From Marsupella aquatica (Eukaryota > Plantae > Marchantiophyta): a DNA stretch of 64,000 nucleotides. The notes beneath the pieces are model-generated. The model saw only the letters and a program-made list of their open reading frames with translations, made no database searches and had not been told where the DNA came from. The stretch lies in the NCBI GenBank assembly GCA_973895155.1, contig OZ316896.1, forward strand, positions 18,216,754 to 18,280,753, written 5' to 3'. The position numbers and the translations under genes were made by a program. This document shows positions 36,598 to 48,264 of the stretch, one piece after another (positions within the stretch are counted from its first letter, which is position 1; every line of letters begins with the position of its first letter).

Positions 36598-39500
36598 TGT
36601 GGTGCGTCCCATGGCTCCCTAAACCCAAGAAACCCCCCAGCTCAAGCCGATTCCCGCAAGTTTCGTGCTTGGCGAGGCTGTTTCCGCGGCTTAGCGGCAT
36701 GGGACGCTGCTAACCTTCTACTACTACTATTAACATTTTACACACATATACTGGACAGATCCTTCATCGGGTCATGAGATACGTAGCCGGCCTACTGTAG
36801 GCCTTCCCCTGTCTTCCCCTGTCTTCCCCTCCGTCTTGTTAGGTATGTTTGGATTCCGCCGCCGGAATGATCCCCAATAGGCTTGGTTAAGCCGCTAAGA
36901 CCTCTCTCAGCTCGACACATCCAACTCTCACACCCCTGCTTACTTTCCTTCCTTCTGCTGATGTGGGCACTCTTCACACAAGTTAATGCGACACACAAAT
37001 AGCAAAATGACTCATTCTGACTGAGTCATACCATGCACTTGCCATACAAACAGTACATCTCATACACAAGTTCTGCGAACTAAGCCGTGAGGCCAACTCT
37101 ATTCAGCTCTTAGGCATGAGGAAACATGAATATACACAAGGGTCACTGTATGACTAACCGAGAGCTTCTCGTACTACTTGATCCCAGCCCGGCTGGTGCA
37201 AACTAAAAACTTGCTAAAGAAGAGGCCCTGAGCTCCCCGCTGCCCAGGTACTTATCCTGGTAGTGGATCCGCCATTCTTTGCATCGTAAGCCTAATCTAC
37301 TTAACAGTAATCTACTTGCCCGAATCTACCTATGTACAGCAAGGCAGGAGCACAAGTGTTGCTCCTACCAGTGGGACCGCAATCCCACTAAGCTAAGTGT
37401 CAGGGCCGCTCCTGGTTCTGATCCTAATCCTAAACGTGGAGATCCGTGCCCGCCCTGCCCACTCACGCCTCCTCCCTCCACGTCCGCCCTCCCTAAAAGG
37501 AACGGCGCCCTTGCACCGTCACGACACCGGTGGTGGATCCTCAATGGACGCCCCCAACACTTCCTCCTCAGCCACTGCCGTTGGCCCGCCTACTGACCGA
37601 TTACCTGCCCTTGACCGAGTCAACTCTCCATCGGCCTGACTGGGTCCACCTTCGGCTTCAGCCTCGACACCGGCCTCGGCAATACCCACGGTTTCGGCTT
37701 CAGCCACCCCCACGGCTTCGGCTTCCCCTTCCCCTAGGGTAGTTGGATCCTTAGCCGTGACCCTGTCTGGGGTCGGTGCTGGGTCTACCTCCTTGATCAC
37801 CACGGCCTGTGAAGTCGTATTACTCCTTGACCCTGAAGGTTTCCGCTTCTTCTTCGTTGGTGGCTCGGCAGCTGGTCCCTTCCCCTTCCCACTTACCTCC
37901 GGCACTGGTGCAGGTGGCGCGGCTTGTCCTTCGGCAATTACCACCCCTGGTAACTGGTTTGTCCCAACGGGAGATGGACCTGCTGCAGCTAAGCATTTAA
38001 ATACTGCGGCTTGTTTCTTCAGCCGCTCTGTTTGGTTGTCGGCCCGCCGCTGTAGGTTCTCCATCTTCCTCGTGATTTCCTCCAACTCCTCTTGGGTTTC
38101 ATCCAGGTCCTTACGTGCCCCCTCCAGCTCGTTTTTGGCCTCCTCCTGCTCCCTGTGGGCTTCCTCCAATTCCTTCTTCAAGGTAGCCCTCTCCTCCTGG
38201 GTTGCTCTTAGCTCCTTGTCGAGCTCTGCAATGATGACAGACTCCATCTGGTTCATCTTGGCGTAAGTCTGTTCGAGCATCTCGTCCTTCTCCCTTAGGT
38301 CGGCCTTGAAGCTGGCCGTCAGGGACGCAAGCTCCTGCTGCAGTGCCATAATCCCTTGATAGGATTTCCCTAACTCGACCTCCTTCTGCTCAAGGGCTCC
38401 GCGGATTTTCTCGAGCTCCCCTTTCAACGCCCATTCCTTTCTTTGGGTCTCCGCCATGGCCCGGCTGTTGGCTGTTATGTGGGCCTCCTCTGTATTCTTT
38501 AGCTCTTGCTTCCACTTTTCCCTTTCTTTGATCGTGTCGGCCAACTCTTCCTGCGTCTGAGTCAGTTTATCCTTGATATTCTGATTATCAGCCTGCGCGG
38601 CGTCCAACTGCCCCTGCATGATGTTCAGCTCATGTCGTTTAATCCGCAGTTCATCTTGGGCTTTCTTGGCCGCCCTTAGATCTTCAATCTCGGCTTCCAT
38701 CCTCCTAAGCCGCCGAATGACCTCGTCCTTCTTGCTTCTCTCTAAAGCCACCGCTTCTTCTAATTGGTGCTTCTCCAACTGCTCCCTATGGAAAAAGGGT
38801 CCTACCTCCAACTCCTCTCCAAAGATGCCGAGCGCAAGTTCCCCACACATCTCACCATACTCCATGGCTCTATTCTTAGCGTAGGTGGAGTAAGTAGAAG
38901 TGATCGGCATCGCCCATCGTGGCCTCTGCTCCCAAGCCGTCCTGCGGATCTCTTCAATCGTGGCTAGAGGTTTGCTTCCTTTTTCGGCTAGCCGCCTGAT
39001 GTCCTCCGGCCAATCTCCTCCTCGTAAATCCTTTTCCTTAGCCAGGGCGGCCTCTTCCTCTTGCTTGATTCGCTCCTGAAATTCCTGCACCATCTGTTTT
39101 ATGCCGTCGAAGCTCGGGGGAGCAACATCTGGTGGGGGAGACTCAGGGCTACTCTGCTGGTTGGGGTCCCCTCGCACTACCCTTGGAAGTGTGGGGACAA
39201 ACCGGCCACAGGTCCTTACTCCTGGAACGTAATGGTCCGACCCATAGCCGGAATTATCATGGCTGCAGTCCTCCACTGCCTCCTCTACCTCTTGGATTTC
39301 CGGCTTCTCCCTCTCCTCTTCCTCGGTAGGAGCTTCAGGCAATTCTGCCTCAGATTCGGAGCTTGAGGTTCCCACGTACATTCGAACACCTGGCTTGGAT
39401 TCCGGCCTGATTCTCTCCTTGTCTCCAGCAAAGGGGTTTTCTCTTGTGAGCCGGTGTAGGCCTACCTCTGTAGTAGTGTCCTGCATTGTTGCCGTTGCCG

Positions 39501-41248
39501 TTGCCGTTGTTGTTGTTGTTGTTGCCGATGCCGATTTCTTTTCTTTCTCCAGTAGTTTCAGCAGACTCTGCATGCCTGGTTGCTGCATCGGCAAGTCTTC
39601 CTTCTTGGGCCTAAACACCTGCTCGATCGTAGGACTAACAGGTGGTTGAGGCTTCTCAGCCAACGGCCTCGGCGTTGGAGCTTCCTCGGGTGCCCTTACC
39701 TGCAGGGGAAGTACCGGGGCAAAAGTCTAACCTCTGGCATACCGGCACAACAGCGGCATGTGATAGCCAAGCCGCGACACGCTCCCCATGCCGATTACCT
39801 GCTGCTCCTCCTTTAAGATCTTCTTCAATTGGTTGAGGAGGTACCCGTTGTAGTCCCGGCTTGGGTCTGGCCTTTCTGCCAGATAGACCTGTGCTTTGCC
39901 GATCTCTGCCCTCGGCAAGTTACAATGCATGGTCACCCGCAAGAAGTCGATCATCTCTCCTATGTGCGGGTTGGTGCAGGTGTTCCGGAAGAAGCCATTC
40001 TTCGTTGATGGCCCGGGGAACAACCGGAACTCCTTGTCAGGCAAGGTCTTCCTGGTATCAACTTTGGTCTTATTGCCCATCGGCAAGCCAAACACTTCGG
40101 CAATCACCTTGGGAGTAAGATAGAAATCCTTCCCATATATCCTCGTGCAATTGGTCTCGGGTTCCCATGACCCCACGAATTCTAATAGGTCTGACTCCGG
40201 TACCTCCGGCTTCAGCCATGGTAATCTTACAAAGGCCTCCAAGCCGGATCCGGCCATGAAGCCTTGGTACTTCTTGGTCTGCATGGCCGTAAAGCATGCA
40301 TCCTCCTCCCGTGCAAAATGTAGTTGCACCTCCACCGGTAGGGTTGCCGCCCAGCCCTTCCAGGTGTCATCCCTGGTTGGAATGGCCTTGATGGGATCGA
40401 CCTCCTCCTCTTCGGCTTCTCCCTGCCTCCTGCTCTGCTGCTCGGCTGGCTTCTTTGGTGCCGCCGACCTCATTCTTTTTGCCGGGGTGGCTTCATCGTT
40501 GACGGCTCCCTTCCTCTTCATCTCTGCTGCCGTGGAGGTCTCTCCTAGCACCGTTGCCCGGGTCCACCTTTCCGTGCTACCCTTTAATTCCCAGTGTATG
40601 TCGTTGCAGTTCTTGATGGCCTCTCGGATGCCGACGACGCTGTCTTTGCAAAACAGAAGATCGTCGAGTTGATTGGAAGTAGGCGTCCACAGGAACTCGT
40701 CCTTGATGAGTTCGCCTCCTAAGAAAGCCGTCTTCTGCAGCTCCCACAATCGAGCGAGCTCCTGCCGTTCTCGAGCTGCCCTTTCTGACTCCTCGTCCTC
40801 GTAAGTCTTGATGTACTCAGTTGCCCGTTCGAACAGGCATCCCCAGAAATGTGCCGCTTGATTGACGTTGCTCATACCCTCCTTAGGTTGATCGTCGGTA
40901 TCTACTCTCTCCCCGAGTGCTTGCCTAAGCAGCTGACAGTAGTTGGCCTCCCGTAGTCGTCTGCCTAGTTCGTGCTCGCAAATGAGCCACCATCTCCTGC
41001 AAGCGCTCCTTACCCCTCTCCTCTGCCGGTCCTTCTTCCCGTTGATCCTTCCTAGCCGCCGACGCTTAACGCGCCCTAACCCTAATCGGGTTTTCACCCT
41101 CAGCCTTACCTCCGGCCTCTGCCCGGGTTCCATGGTTGCCCCTAATTGTTTATATTTTCCTTGTTTTGTCACTATACTAAGGTGTTCCTAGGGTGCCTTC
41201 CTGCTTTACCCACTTAACCGGCCGAGTGATTCCTGTCTAGGCATCACA
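36598..41248 (-). mobile_element. Nested 4651-bp element with TG...CA termini and 5-bp TSD; probable giant protein-coding solo LTR
   Basis: Ends TGTGGTGC...GCATCACA (7/8 inverted match), CACCA TSD at 36593-36597 and 41249-41253. Removing it restores GYQSGVKAY. No terminal direct repeat, gag or pol was seen. Confidence 0.9.
37519..41133 (-). CDS. Accessory protein of the nested element; predicted exons 41133-39799 and 39699-37519 (about 1171 aa)
   Basis: The 481-aa and 714-aa ORFs share a frame and are separated by one TAG (39727-39729) inside a 99-nt GT..AG interval. Contains GLEAFVRLPW..LTPKVIAEVFGLP, a long coiled coil, and basic motifs PAKRMR and PTKKKRKP. Confidence 0.7.
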
Positions 41249-42485
41249 CACCACTCTGGTACCCAAGAAAAACACATTTCTTGGAGGTAGGATCCAACTT
41301 GGTCCTATTCTGCTTCGGTGTGAGAGCATATGCATCACTTCCAAAAACTACCAAGCCATGATAGTCTGCTTGCCGCTTATAGCGCATCTCAAACGGCGTT
41401 TTGAAATTGATAGCACTAGAAGGAGAAAGATTTACCAAATAAGCTGCGGTATTGACAGCTTCTGCCCAAAATTCTTGTGGTAAACCTGATTGGCTCAACA
41501 TACTCCGTGACCGCTCCAACAGTGTCCGATTGAGCCTCTCAGCGACACCATTCTGCTGCGGAGTATAAACTGTGGTGAGATGGCGAGTTATCCCCTGTTC
41601 TGAACAGTACTCTTCAAATTCCATTGAAGTGTACTCCCCGCCGTTGTCTGACCTCAGACTCTTCACCCTTGTATCCAAACACTTGATCGTGTTTCCAGTC
41701 TGATTCTCCACCTGGGCCTTCCACTTCTTAAAAATGGACAAGACATCAGACTTATGCGTCATGAAATAAATCCACACAAATCTTGAGTAATCATCAATAA
41801 ATGATACATAGTACAACTTTCCAGAGTGTGAGGGAGTCGGGGATGGACCCCACACGTCACTATGTATGTACTCAAGAACCACTTTGGAACGATGAGTTCC
41901 AACACCAAAAGCACGACGATGCTGCTTTCCAAGAATGCAATGCTCACAAAACTCTAATTTACAAGATTGCAAATCAGAAATGAGTCCATTCTTCCGTAAG
42001 ATAGCCAAACCCTTCTTACTCATGTGGCCTAGCCGTGAATGCCACAGTTGAGTCATCTCCTCGTGAGACTTGGTTACATTGGCCTCTCCACATACAATAT
42101 TGTCCTGTAACACATACAAATTCTTTTGTCTACTCCCCTTCAAAATCACTGTCTCTCCCGACCTGACTTGAAGTTCACCATCAATAACGCTCCAATGATG
42201 ACCATTTGAATCCAACACACCGAGTGAAATCAGATTCTTACGCATGCCAGGTACATACCTGACTCCGGACACTGTGCGCACAGCGCCATCAAACATTTGA
42301 ATCTTCACAGACCCAATTCCCTCAATTTGACAGGAGTGATCATTTCCCATCAGAACTGAACCGTTTGAAATAGAGTAAGAACTGAAAAACTCACGAATGT
42401 AACAAATATGAAAAGAGCAAGCACAATCAAGAATCCACACATCATCTGCTCTCCTAGATGACGTGCACAGGGGATACCCCCGGCT
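41249..42485 (-). CDS. pol: Copia pol, 5' part: protease, GAG-pre-integrase region and integrase core
   Basis: WILDCACSFHIC, WHSRLGH..CEHC, HSDVWGP, RSDNGGEY, PQQNGVAER, KKCVFLGY. Confidence 0.95.
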
Positions 42486-43526
42486 TCATAAAACATACTC
42501 ATCATTGAGTAAATCAACTTCTCCATCAGCCCTAGCCACATTTGCCAATGAAGTTTCCGCTGCCTTTCCCTTACAGTCTCGCTTGAAGTGTCCAACTTGG
42601 TTGCACTTCCAACATGTCACCTGCCTCCTCTGAGGGGATTTATCCTTGGACTTAGATCTGGATTTAGATCTAAACTAGGTTCTACGGTCCCCAGTTGGTC
42701 GCTGCATACCCCTCCCACGGTTAACATTGAGGGCAGCACCAGATGATGAAGGCTGTGATGTGATGTGCATCTTCTGCTGAAGATCATCACTAAGCAGAGA
42801 ACTTACCACGTCATTATATGAAATGGTATCCCTATCACGATGCAACAACACTCGTGATAGGGACTGGTAAGATGGAGGCAATGAACTAAGAAGCTGCAGA
42901 GCCTTCGTCTCATCATTCAAAGTCTCCCCAAGGTTTTCCAAGTCAACGACCATGTCGTTGAAAGCATCCACATGGTCTTGCAACTTTGTACCGGATTCCT
43001 TCATCCTGAAACTCATGAGTTTGTAGGAAGTGTAGAGCCGGTTTGACAACTCCTTGCGGTGATACTTGCTCTGCAATTCTGCAAACAAGGACATGCAATC
43101 CTTATGTGCACCCAACTGCTTGATGATGGGAGGCATGAGATAGAGTGTAACACACCACACTCCCTGCTCCTGCATGCGGTCCCATTGTTTCTCATCAACA
43201 TCGTCTTCACGAGGGCTCAGCAGTTGGCCCATCCCTGACGCATAGAGCACTCCCTTCACCTGCTTCTCCCATAGCAAGTAGTCAGAGCGCCCATCATACT
43301 TTGTCACTTCATACTTGGGTCCCCCAAGCTTGAAAGTCCCCATCTTCTTCTTTGGCACTACCGTGAGCTCCGGTAGTAGTACTGCTTCCTCCACCACACG
43401 CCGCACCGATGATGGTATCGGTGTCACATGCTCTTCCTCCTGCTCCTCTCTCTGCCCCTGAAACCGCCGCGATGATCCTCGTGCTTCAAGTTCCACGTCT
43501 TTGAAAAATTCCTCCGAATCACTCAT
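42486..43526 (-). CDS. gag: Copia gag with an internal TAG at 42675-42677 before the zinc knuckle and a TGA at 42486-42488 in frame with pol
   Basis: YDGRSDYLLW and LLSSLPPSY. After the TAG the frame continues to CWKCNQVGHFKRDC and ends NDEYVL*. Confidence 0.9.
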
Positions 43527-44664
43527 ATGAGAAAATCACAAAAATTGTTGTTTTTCACAACTTCTCAAAAAACTCGAAACTCAACACCGCTGCGTAGCCC
43601 ACAAAGCTAGGAGTCCAATAGTGAAAACCGAAATCAAAATTGAAATTTGACGGAAAAGTTATTCAAATTTCGGTCGAGGTGGGTAAAACCTTGGGAAACT
43701 CCCCCGTTTTGACCACCTCAGGGAATAACCAAAATACCAAGTACAACCCGTTGTCGAAATTACGATGTGATTGGTGCGCCGCATTGCCAACTTCAATGGC
43801 TACGACCTCGCCAAAAAATAACCAAAAAAGTTACCGTTCGGCGGATGAAATCTTTGTCGGACGGTCAAAAAATAGCTCTCTGGTTTTTTGGAATATTCTA
43901 TGACCCTTGTACAGGCCCTGTGGGAATTTTGGAAGAACAATCGAGGGGCTGACACGTGTCCTCAAACCCCCAAAACCCCCTACCACCCTTCGTCGTCGAA
44001 ATCTGGTCGCGCGCGCAGAAAATACACACGGTAGAATGTACCCCTCGATACCAAACGCAAGATATCTCACTCGGGTTTTGACGAAATCAAGATCTGATTT
44101 CAGATTTGGAAACTAGACTCCGAGGCGGTGAAGATCGATATAAGAAGCACCCAAAAAGAGGAAAGAACAAGGGAGAAAAAAATTGGTAAAGATGACAGAT
44201 TTCTCTCAATTGCCATAGCCAATTTCGAATCAGTTTTTCAAAGAGAAAAAATGGTACCTTGTCAACAACGAATGTTGATCAATTGCACTTGGTGCCGTCA
44301 CCAAGTCCAACAAGGTAATTGATTTTGCTTAGCCTTCCTCTTTGCATCAAAGAGCCAATCCCGGACTCAAAACAATCGTCTTGCCTCAATCTCTCCGTTG
44401 AGTCAAAACACTTGACGCTTCTCCCTCCGAGTCGATTGCCAACTTTCTTCACAAAATCCAGAATGACGAAAACTTAGATCTCTCTGCACCACGAGCTCCG
44501 TTCAGCGATTTCTTCACACCGTTAGAAAGCTCTTGCCCTGATCTATCCGTTGAGCCCATAAACTCCAAGTTCCATGCGACGGAACTCCGGGAAATCCACC
44601 GATACTCAACGCTGGAAAAACCGTAATGAAATCCCGTCACGAACACACGTCACCTCCCAAGCAT

Positions 44665-44676
44665 GCTCTGATACCA
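44665..44676 (-). promoter_or_regulatory. Primer-binding site complementary to initiator tRNA-Met
   Basis: Minus strand TGGTATCAGAGC, 2 nt from the 5' LTR. Confidence 0.95.
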
Positions 44677-44678
44677 AT

Positions 44679-45117
44679 TGTTGAGCATAGACGACGATCG
44701 CAACGGCAAGCCCATGAACCATCCAACGCACAATAGTCGACACAAGAGATACGTGGTTCACCTCCTTGAGGCTATGTCCACGGGAACACACAAGAGAGCT
44801 TTACTGAACTCTAAGCCCGTCGGCTATACCGAGTCTCCACAGTGTAAGCTCTCCCTATCTCTCAAGTGGCTCCATAACAATGAGTCTTGGTTCTCCCTCT
44901 CCAAGCACACATGCCTCTTATGATATAGTGTGCAACTTAGTTGTACCTAACCACATAGTTGTACCTAATCACGTAGTTGTACCTAACCACATAGTTGTAC
45001 CTAATCACGTAGTTGTACCTAACCACATAGTTGTACCTAATCACGTAGTTGTACCAACCCACGTTGTTGTACCAACCACGTCATACCTAACCTAGACGTA
45101 AGAGTAAATACCCAATA
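44679..45117 (-). repeat. 5' LTR of the Copia element (439 bp)
   Basis: Appears identical to 33928-34366 except C>T at 45116. Confidence 0.96.
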
Positions 45118-47533
45118 CTCATGAAACCATTGGGAAAAGTAGATTATTCTGCTGCCCTGCAACGTGTCAAGTGCACAAGGCTGGTCGTGTCCCTCCATTG
45201 TTGATACCCCATGAAGCTTATATGGAGGTCCAGCCCTTGCCCCTGGAACTCCATAAATTCTGGTACAAGAGGGGTTCTGGCATGTAACACTTGCTCACTT
45301 ATATGCTCACTGGCATGAGTCAGGTCCAGGGCTGCAATCCTCAGGGCTGCTCACATGCCAGTTGCAAAACTTTACTCTTGCACAAAGAACATGCTAAGTA
45401 AGTTTCCGTTGTAACTTCTGCCCATAAACAAGAAGTGTGTGAGTGTCTTCACTGATCACTATATATTATCTCCAGAGATGTCTGCCTATATGATGCTCCA
45501 ATTGTTCCATGATTTTAAGAGAGGAAACTAATGACATACAGAAGTTCATTCTAAAGCTTGGACCATGCAAGCTTGGGGGTTTCATTTCCATAAAAATGGC
45601 ACATCACATGCGACGAAATATAATTTTGTTTTATTGGTTCTAATGGAAGACTTGAGAATTTTTTCATAAAAACAATAGGGTTTTTTAAATCCAATTTTGA
45701 GACTTATAAGTCCATTAGTGTCTTTTCAATCAATTTTTAAGAATATTCCAAGACTATTCTAACTTTTAGGGGTCAATTTTTTTTAAAAACTTACATTTTA
45801 GGGGGCCCAAACCTAAAAACATTGAAGGTGATGGGGAGCCCCCCATATAGTCAGACCCCTGAGAATGCAAGGGACACAGGTGGTTTAAAGGTTATGCATA
45901 ATTATACTAATGTCCTATTTACAGGACATAGTGAGATATAATGGCTTGGAATTAAAAACAAGAGCTTGAGTTTTGAGGGGCTATCACTGCCCATAGTGCT
46001 ATCACTGCCCATAGTGCTATGGAAACAGGACTTTACTACACTTGAAGGCCTAAGAGATTTTTATTCTTACGAGCTTATGTGAAAGTAGAGGAGAATCTTG
46101 CTAAAAAGGTGATCCAAATCTTGACAGGGTGTTGTTCTCCATGAATGCACTCAAAAATACAAACTTAAGGGAAAAATCATGAAGGGCCTAAAGATTCCAA
46201 AATGCTTGACAAGTTCAATTATCCTCAAATTCAATGCTCAAAACTTTAATTTTTCTAAGACATTATTTCATTCACAAGTGATGGAGTAGCAGCTTAAACA
46301 TACATGAGAAACCCTGATGGGCATAAGTGGAATGTTTAATTTTCTTAACTTGCATATTACTATGTTTTACACTTACTGTTGCTCCATTCATAGCAGGTGA
46401 AATATGCCTTTTAGTGCTAGTTGAAGGTTTTCAGTTCAATATTTCTCCATGCGAAGGTCTCTGTTTTCTTTCAACCAAAAGAGCTGTACGTGTTCCCTTC
46501 TCGCCAGGGCAGCTGTATGTATAGCCTCTTACACTCCTATGTCATGAAACTGTAAGGTTCTAGAGTGCCCTGAGACAAGCAAGTTCCTTTCTCCGGTCAG
46601 GTAACAAAGTCAAACATCCATCCAAGCTAGCACGAAGGAAGGGCTCGAAGGAAGGGCTCCTAAAGTATACCCATATTCCCCGTGCCCATCCCTACTCACA
46701 AGCAAATCCCTACTCACAAGCAAGTAATCTAAATATCAAAGGAAAATTATGGCTTCTAGCTTCATTGTAGGGAGTAGGTAATGCGGAGTAGACTTAGATG
46801 GCCAGTTATAGTGTAGAGTGCTCTATACTTCATTTTCTTTAGGGTTGGGAATAGGGCAAATTTCAAGGTTTTCCCCTTTTGACGCAGGTGGGGATTGTCA
46901 CCTTGTAGGAAGGAGAAGGTGCTAAGAATACTCTTTATCTGACCTTGTCACATAAGTGAAGTCAAAGCATGAAAGAACTCGACTTTCCCCTCCTTCCAAC
47001 GCTAGCAAATGGAAACACCTAAATCGAAGCCATAGGGTCCTTCTAAAGCTATCCCAATCTGCTGCATAAGCCAACTTTTGACGGAACATTGGCGGAAAAC
47101 AACTACAGTAGTTAATTAATGGAGGACTAAAAATCTCCTGAAATTTATCCAGCAAAAGATTTAATGGGGCCCCTCTAGGTAAGGATATCAGTGACGTGCC
47201 CCTCACTTTTTGAAATAGACTTCCTGGGCCCCTTGTTCCTACAGCCCTTCCTCATGACCTGTGAGATTATTTCCCCCTTTTAATTTTAACAGCGTATAGT
47301 TACTATGTACAGCTATGTATGTCAATCAATCAGGTGTACTCCTTGGACATATTTTTCCATGTATTTTTGTTTGGAAATACTAACATATAGTACATACACA
47401 GTACTTAGACCCTGTCACTCCTCTAAATGCACATCAAAATATGACATATAAGGTGTTCAATATTCCTCTAGACCATCCAAAATCTACTTATTTATTTTAA
47501 ATGAATGAGTGCACATTGTATTTTATCAAAATA

Positions 47534-47756
47534 CAAGCCCTATGACAGTGCTTTGCACTGTGCAAGGAGGGCAGGCCCATAGGGATTGGCCGGGGGCGGC
47601 GGGGAGCAAATACGTGATAGGGGTGTACATTTCTCTCATCAATGGTGAGCAAAAATAACTAATCAAATTCAACGGCTGTGGATCTTTCCCGCCCAGAAGC
47701 TTTTTTGTATGGTGACCAAAGACAAAAAAGGCGGGATCCCTTATTATAGTTGTAGA
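47534..47756 (-). mobile_element. Non-autonomous Helitron-like element (223 bp)
   Basis: Minus strand begins TCTACAACTATAATAAG and ends with hairpin CAGTGC-aaa-GCACTG then CTTG. It sits between A and T with no TSD, and the empty site is at 47433-47450. Confidence 0.75.
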
Positions 47757-47816
47757 TGACATATAAGGTGTTCAATATTCCTCTAGACCATCCAAAATAT
47801 ACTTATTTATTTTAAA

Positions 47817-48264
47817 CGAGCCCTATGCCAGTGCTTTGCACTGTGCAAGGAGGGCAGGCCTTGCAGGGGTGTCGGGGCCAGGAGGGCGCGAAGCCCTATG
47901 CGGAGCGAGGAGGGTGTAAAGAGGGGGCGAGCGAGGCAGCAGCCTCGCAGGGGTGTCGGGGGGGGGGCCGAAGCCCTATGCGTTTGCTCCAAAATTGAAT
48001 GCCTTTTGCCACGCGGAAGGCCTGTCTGCTTCCGTCATTATGAGTGCACGGAAGGGAGCAATTGCGCGGTCCTGCGCCTGCCTGCGTGCCTCGTTCCTGG
48101 CATGCGTGCCTCATTGTAAGAGGGTATTAGAAGATCGGACGGTCATGAAAAATAAGATGTTTTTATTTGACGGTCAATTTTGATTCCCGCTGGAATTCAA
48201 ATTCGTAACGGGACGACGGACAAAAATTGGCCAAATGGGCGGGATTGCCTATTATAGTGTTAGA
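47817..48264 (-). mobile_element. Non-autonomous Helitron-like element (448 bp), same family as 47534-47756
   Basis: Minus strand begins TCTAACACTATAATAGG, has the same 3' hairpin and ends CTCG. A|T insertion, empty site at 47495-47510. Confidence 0.78.

Larger units (their letters stand above)
33928..45117 (-). mobile_element. Full-length Ty1/Copia (Tnt1/Tork-like) LTR retrotransposon, about 6.5 kb native, interrupted by a nested 4651-bp insert
   Basis: Two 439-bp LTRs, CTCAT TSD (33923-33927 and 45118-45122), PBS TGGTATCAGAGC, PPT, and domain order gag-PR-INT-RT-RNaseH. Confidence 0.97.

Noticed and set aside
37519-39663. 714-aa ORF as a host SMC/myosin gene or an env-like gene of the Copia
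   Set aside because: It lies within a TSD-bounded insert that breaks the Copia integrase, and has no ATPase/motor motifs or transmembrane segment.
47441-47530. ~90-bp target-site duplication made by the first Helitron-like element
   Set aside because: Better explained by a prior tandem duplication via atcaaa microhomology, since both elements sit at clean A|T sites.
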